Positions 59,787-64,000 of a stretch of 64,000 nt of DNA are shown here, one piece after another. Position 1 is the first letter of the stretch. Each line of letters begins with the position of its first letter. Position numbers and translations under genes: made by a program. Below the pieces are notes generated by a model. The model saw only the letters and a list, made by a program, of their open reading frames with translations. It ran no database searches and was not told where the DNA came from. Source of the DNA: a bacterium (lineage in GTDB: Bacteria > Patescibacteriota > Minisyncoccia > Phycocordibacterales > UBA6899); assembly GCA_021851895.1 (NCBI GenBank), contig JAJZQJ010000007.1, positions 6,618-70,617 of the forward strand. The letters run 5' to 3'.

Positions 59787-60137
59787 ATGCATGCTTCACC
59801 CTTCGCCGTTTTCATCGATCTTGTCGCAGCCACCGCCCTACTCATTTTTTTAGGAAACAGAATCCTGGGTAGTTACCACATGAGGAAGAACCTTCTTGCT
59901 CTCTCTATGACCGAGGATAAGGATGTTATCCCGCGGCTTATCGCCGAAAAGACCCGTGTCCAACAGTCGCTCGAGAATTCGAGCTTGTGGGCAGCCAAAT
60001 CAAATGAACACTTCAATGCTGCCAGTCGCTGCTACCACGAAGCAGTTGGTTTCCTCCGACTTACGGTCAGCGAGGAAGCGCGTGCGACCGCATGCGCATT
60101 CGCGAAGCAAGCACTCGAGCGTCTTGAAAAGCTCTGA
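59787..60137 (+). CDS. Hypothetical single-TM protein
   Basis: TTGACA promoter, GGAG SD, N-terminal TM, own terminator. Confidence 0.65.
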   Translation: MHASPFAVFIDLVAATALLIFLGNRILGSYHMRKNLLALSMTEDKDVIPRLIAEKTRVQQSLENSSLWAAKSNEHFNAASRCYHEAVGFLRLTVSEEARATACAFAKQALERLEKL

Positions 60138-60217
60138 ATGAGCGCCGCACATTGCGGCGTTTTTTGCTCTCAGTATATATGCGCTATAATGGACACAGAG
60201 CTAACATAAGGGTTTAT

Positions 60218-60634
60218 ATGGACCCACTTCGGATCATTCAAAATTGCGCAGTCATTGCTCTTGTCGTCATGAGTGTCTTTTACCTCTTGAAGCAAGCGAC
60301 TAGACCTGCATGCGGAGACGCTACAAAGCACTGTGGCCTCAGCTATACGGCACAAAACGACCTTGCCTATTGCAGGAAACAGCGTAAGTACTGGGAAAGA
60401 AAGCTGCGCTATTTCCTCGCGAATGGTGAGCATGCACATATCCTACGATCGATGCTCGTCATCGGCGCGCGGAGCATGGACGAAATCGAGGACCAGATCA
60501 CCATGCGCCCGACCTGTCTTGGGTGCGGCATAGGCACGATTGACAAAAAAGCGATCGACAGCGCTAAGCGTGCATATGTCTCCGCAGCAAAGATCGCTGA
60601 GCAATGCACATTCACGTTTAAATATTTCACGTAA
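60218..60634 (+). CDS. Hypothetical single-TM protein
   Basis: TATAAT upstream, N-terminal TM, Cys-rich, own terminator. Confidence 0.6.
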   Translation: MDPLRIIQNCAVIALVVMSVFYLLKQATRPACGDATKHCGLSYTAQNDLAYCRKQRKYWERKLRYFLANGEHAHILRSMLVIGARSMDEIEDQITMRPTCLGCGIGTIDKKAIDSAKRAYVSAAKIAEQCTFTFKYFT

Positions 60635-60717
60635 TACCCCGACGATGTATTCGGGGTTTTTGATTGACAAGAAATCATGCTGTTATAGGCTTTCTGCAGA
60701 TACCTGAGGAGCCACCC

Positions 60718-61164
60718 ATGCATGACCTATTCGTCGTGATCCATGAGAACTACCTCTCTGTTCCCGCGATGATCGTCATCGCACTCGTCCTCACGACCAT
60801 CATCACCCTGATGATCATCGCGAGCAACAAGAAGAAGCGCGCGATGGATCTCTACATCAGCAACATCAGGTCGCTCCCCCCGGAAGACCAGGATCTCTTC
60901 GAGAGCACCAAGCGTCGCGACGCGACATGGTTCGATCGTATCGGTAATGCACTCGATGCATCCGAACCCTCGAACCCGATGGAGGTAGCGATCGATGCCG
61001 GCTGGACCGCGCTCGACAACGCCGAGGAACTGCTCCGTGAACCCGAGTTCGCGACCAAAGCAGAGCTCCGCAAGGAATTCAGAGGCCACCTCGACGAGGC
61101 GAATGAGCAATTCGCGCTCGCGGAAGAACGTTATGCCGATGAGCTCGCTCGAGAGGATGTGTGA
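60718..61164 (+). CDS. Hypothetical single-TM protein
   Basis: GAGGAG SD, N-terminal TM, helical acidic domain. Confidence 0.7.
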   Translation: MHDLFVVIHENYLSVPAMIVIALVLTTIITLMIIASNKKKRAMDLYISNIRSLPPEDQDLFESTKRRDATWFDRIGNALDASEPSNPMEVAIDAGWTALDNAEELLREPEFATKAELRKEFRGHLDEANEQFALAEERYADELAREDV

Positions 61165-61370
61165 TGTCGAGACTCTTCGTCCGCGCACTCATCTCGGCGC
61201 TCTGTGGCATGAGCGACATCGATTCCATCATGAGACAATGCCGCCCGACGCCACTGCATCCGTATCTCCCCGAGCAGACCTTCCGCAACCTGCGACAAAG
61301 CAAGCGACTGCTGAAGCACCTTCCTCCGTGGCAGCAGAAGGCATTTGCTCGCACAAAGAAGCGACGCTAA
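61161..61370 (+). CDS. Hypothetical protein
   Basis: Overlaps the previous stop (GTGATG) and is followed by a terminator. Confidence 0.45.
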   Translation: MMSRLFVRALISALCGMSDIDSIMRQCRPTPLHPYLPEQTFRNLRQSKRLLKHLPPWQQKAFARTKKRR

Positions 61371-61418
61371 ACAACGCACCCAAAGGGTGCGTTTTTTCTT
61401 TTGTTTTTGTGTATTTTT

Positions 61419-61450
61419 CCTATGACCTATGACCCATGACCGATCACCCA
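61419..61450. repeat. Degenerate heptamer repeat (CCTATGA-type)
   Basis: CCTATGA CCTATGA CCCATGA CCGATCA. Confidence 0.7.
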
Positions 61451-61601
61451 CATTTACTCGTGCTCCCTTCCATTTTTCTGAATTTGTGTTAGTATGCGCC
61501 TACAACATTTAGTACGTTTTTGGACTAATCCCTGTGTGCATTCTATAGAGTACGCAAGAAACCGAAAACATTGTTGGCAGACTTCGGTCTGTAAAAACAC
61601 A

Positions 61602-62720
61602 ATGAATAATTCAGATTTCATCGTTGATGAGGGTGTCGTTATCGATCTTGCTCATCCGATGCACAAGGTGCTCGAAGCCACCGCAACTCGTCCACAAGTT
61701 GGTGACGTTGTCGATGGTAAGGTCATCTCCGCAGATAAGCGCTCTGTCGTCGTTGACTTGGGTCATCACGGCATCGGTATCATCTACGGCCGCGAGTTCA
61801 TGAACGCTCGCGATCTTATCAAGCACATGGCCAAGGGCGACGCGATCTCCGCAAAGGTGGTTGATGTCGAGAACGAGGATGGATATACCGAGCTCTCTCT
61901 CAAGGAGGCTCGACAGTCACTCATCTGGGCAGAGGCGGAAGATCTTGTACGCAAGAAGACGCAGCTCGAGCTTACCATCAAGGAAGCTAACAAGGGTGGA
62001 CTCATCATCGATTGGCAGGGTATCATCGGATTCCTTCCTGCATCACAGCTTTCAGCTGACCACTACCCACGTGTAGAGGACGGTGACAAGGATCGCATTC
62101 TCGATGAGCTCCGTAAGCTCGTTGACCAGAAGCTCGTCGTTACGATGATTGCAGCTGTTCCAAAGGAGGGCAAGCTCATCTTCTCTGAGAAGGAGCAGGG
62201 CCACAAGGAAAAGGAGGAGCTCGTCGGCAAGTATGCCGTCGGCCAGATCGTCGAAGGTGATGTCACTGGTATCGTCGACTTCGGTGCATTCATGAAGCTT
62301 GAGGATGGTCTCGAGGGTCTCATTCACATCTCTGAGATGGATTGGGGTCTCGTTGAGGATCCACGCAAGTTCTTCAAGGTAGGTGAACACGTAAAGGCCC
62401 AGATCATTGAGATCAAGGACAACAAGGTGTCACTCTCAGTGAAGGCACTTAAGGAGAACCCATGGCGCACTGCTGAGGCGAAGTTCAAGAAGGGCGATAC
62501 CGTACGCGGTGTTGTCATCAAGTTCAACAAGTACGGCGCACTCGCCTCGATCGAGGAGGGTGTTGCAGGACTCGTACACGTCTCAGAGTTCGGCAGTGAG
62601 GATAAGCTCAAGGCAGCACTCGAACTCGGAAAAGTCTATCCGTTCATCATCACGCTCTTCGAACCAAAGGAGCAGCGTATGACCTTGTCTTTCAGTAAGG
62701 CACAGGAAAAGAAGGACTAA
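61602..62720 (+). CDS. rpsA: 30S ribosomal protein S1 (four S1 domains)
   Basis: Repeated S1 motifs: GF.PASQ, FGAF..EGLIHISE, GLVHVSE. Confidence 0.9.
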   Translation: MNNSDFIVDEGVVIDLAHPMHKVLEATATRPQVGDVVDGKVISADKRSVVVDLGHHGIGIIYGREFMNARDLIKHMAKGDAISAKVVDVENEDGYTELSLKEARQSLIWAEAEDLVRKKTQLELTIKEANKGGLIIDWQGIIGFLPASQLSADHYPRVEDGDKDRILDELRKLVDQKLVVTMIAAVPKEGKLIFSEKEQGHKEKEELVGKYAVGQIVEGDVTGIVDFGAFMKLEDGLEGLIHISEMDWGLVEDPRKFFKVGEHVKAQIIEIKDNKVSLSVKALKENPWRTAEAKFKKGDTVRGVVIKFNKYGALASIEEGVAGLVHVSEFGSEDKLKAALELGKVYPFIITLFEPKEQRMTLSFSKAQEKKD

Positions 62721-62758
62721 ATATAAAGACCGCTTCGGCGGTCTTTATATTTAGTCCT
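62713..62758 (+). terminator. Perfect 21-bp inverted repeat overlapping the rpsA stop
   Basis: AGGACTAAATATAAAGACCGC-TTCG-GCGGTCTTTATATTTAGTCCT. Confidence 0.85.
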
Positions 62759-62836
62759 CGCCAACTTAAGTGTGTATACTTTACAATATGTTAATTACTT
62801 GCAGTTGTAATATTTTTTACATGATACACTTAAGCA

Positions 62837-63385
62837 ATGAAGCAGTATCGCGGATTCACACTTATTGAGCTACTCGTCGTTATCGCAATCATCGGACTTC
62901 TCTCTGCAGTTGTTTTCGCATCGCTCTCAACCGCACGCATGAAGTCGCGTGATGCACGCCGTATTTCTGATCTCGATCAGATCAAGACAGCACTTGAATT
63001 GTATTATGACGATCATGGATACTATCCGCCCTCAGCATGTGGATGGAATTGTAATGGTTATAGTTATAGCTATAACTCAACATGGGGTGCACTTGCAACG
63101 CAAACTGCTGCATATATTCCGCAACTCCCCACCGATCCACTCAATGGCACGTGTGCCGTGTGGGCCGGACCGAACTGTCATTCCTATGAATATGGCAACG
63201 TCGGACGAACATACGGAACGACAACAGGATCCGTCGATGCTTATGACCTCTACGCGATGTTCGAAACCCCAAATCATCCCTTAGGATGCCCTCAGGTGGC
63301 TTATTACTATGGCAGAGGAATCGGCGGGCACTACGACCTCTGCGCCTACGGAGCGGACATCTATGCCCCCGCTTCTGTACAATAG
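62837..63385 (+). CDS. Type IV pilin / GspG-like pseudopilin
   Basis: GFTLIELLVVIAIIGLL, KSRDARRISDL.QI..ALELY, LP.DP. Confidence 0.92.
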   Translation: MKQYRGFTLIELLVVIAIIGLLSAVVFASLSTARMKSRDARRISDLDQIKTALELYYDDHGYYPPSACGWNCNGYSYSYNSTWGALATQTAAYIPQLPTDPLNGTCAVWAGPNCHSYEYGNVGRTYGTTTGSVDAYDLYAMFETPNHPLGCPQVAYYYGRGIGGHYDLCAYGADIYAPASVQ

Positions 63386-63453
63386 CAACGAAGTTCAAAC
63401 AACCAGCGATGGTTGTTTTTCGTAAGTCGAATATTCGTCGTATAATGTCATTC

Positions 63454-63885
63454 ATGCAAATCACCATCAAACGCGTCGATACAGGACTTCCCTTGCCCGA
63501 ATATAAAACGCTCGGTGCTGCGGGTTTTGATCTCATGACAAGAGAAGATCTTCGCATCGCTCCAGGAGCGATAGGCTATGCTCCACTCAATATCATCATA
63601 CAAGTCCCCGAAGGAAACATGCTTCTCCTTGCGCCACGATCATCACTTCACAAGAAAGGTTTGAATCTCGCAAACAGCGTCGGGATCGTCGATCATGATT
63701 TCCGAGGAGCATCCGATGAAGTACATGCTGCTCTCTATAATTTCAGCTCCGAAGAAGTGCACATCGCGCGCGGTGATCGAATCGTTCAAGGCATCATCTC
63801 GCCGATACACGTCGCAGAATTCGCCGAAGTCGACATCATCGACGAAACTTCTCGTGGAGGATTTGGGTCAACGGGAATACGCTAA
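63454..63885 (+). CDS. dut: dUTP diphosphatase
   Basis: AGFDL, PRSS, NS.GIVD.DFRG, GDRI.Q, RGGFGSTG. Confidence 0.96.
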   Translation: MQITIKRVDTGLPLPEYKTLGAAGFDLMTREDLRIAPGAIGYAPLNIIIQVPEGNMLLLAPRSSLHKKGLNLANSVGIVDHDFRGASDEVHAALYNFSSEEVHIARGDRIVQGIISPIHVAEFAEVDIIDETSRGGFGSTGIR

Positions 63886-63890
63886 ACTCA

Positions 63891-64000
63891 AGGTGATAGG
63901 TGATAGGTGATAGGTCATAAGTCATAAGATACAAGAGCACAATCGATGCTGATGTTTTGAGTTTTGTGTTGCCCTCATGACCTTATCCCCTCATAACCTC
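63891..64000. repeat. Heptamer repeats (AGGTGAT-type) in inverted arrangement
   Basis: (AGGTGAT)x3 AGGTCAT AAGTCAT at 63891-63925 and complementary-type units near 63973-64000. Confidence 0.7.

Overview
This is a chromosomal segment of a small-genome bacterium, most likely Patescibacteria/CPR (Parcubacteria-like). That call is inferred from CPR-type pilins, streamlined DnaX/AspRS/RSH proteins and apparently leaderless genes; the genetic code is standard code 11. The window is mostly housekeeping: the end of the ribosomal alpha operon with rplM-rpsI, ftsW-murG, mraY, four aminoacyl-tRNA synthetases, scpAB, grpE/dnaK/dnaJ, xseAB, dnaX, dprA-topA, an RSH, parB, ahpC, a MacAB-like ABC system, miaA, rpmG, gyrA, rpsA, dut, tRNA-Leu(CAA) and tRNA-Trp(CCA). 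The most unusual signal is non-coding, in two families of structured elements. Family 1 sits at the 3' ends of rpsI, tRNA-Leu and tRNA-Trp (a tandem array at tRNA-Trp). Its layout is [host gene 3' end X]-terminator hairpin-[inverted copy of X]-covarying two-domain core-[direct copy of X], so the termini are borrowed from whichever gene it sits behind. Family 2 is a ~122-126 bp long-hairpin repeat in three copies, each starting at a stop codon in the gene's sense orientation. Other notable items are a divergent NrdR / radical SAM / Zn-finger islet between dnaK and dnaJ, a small basic ArfA-like ORF with its own promoter, SD and terminator, an HRDC-XseA fusion, an EF-hand loop in ScpB, a 5-hmdU-kinase/aGPT-Pplase-like gene beside the tRNA-Trp array, and a gene-shaped but stop-riddled 590-bp slot. 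No searches were run; family names come from motif recognition only.
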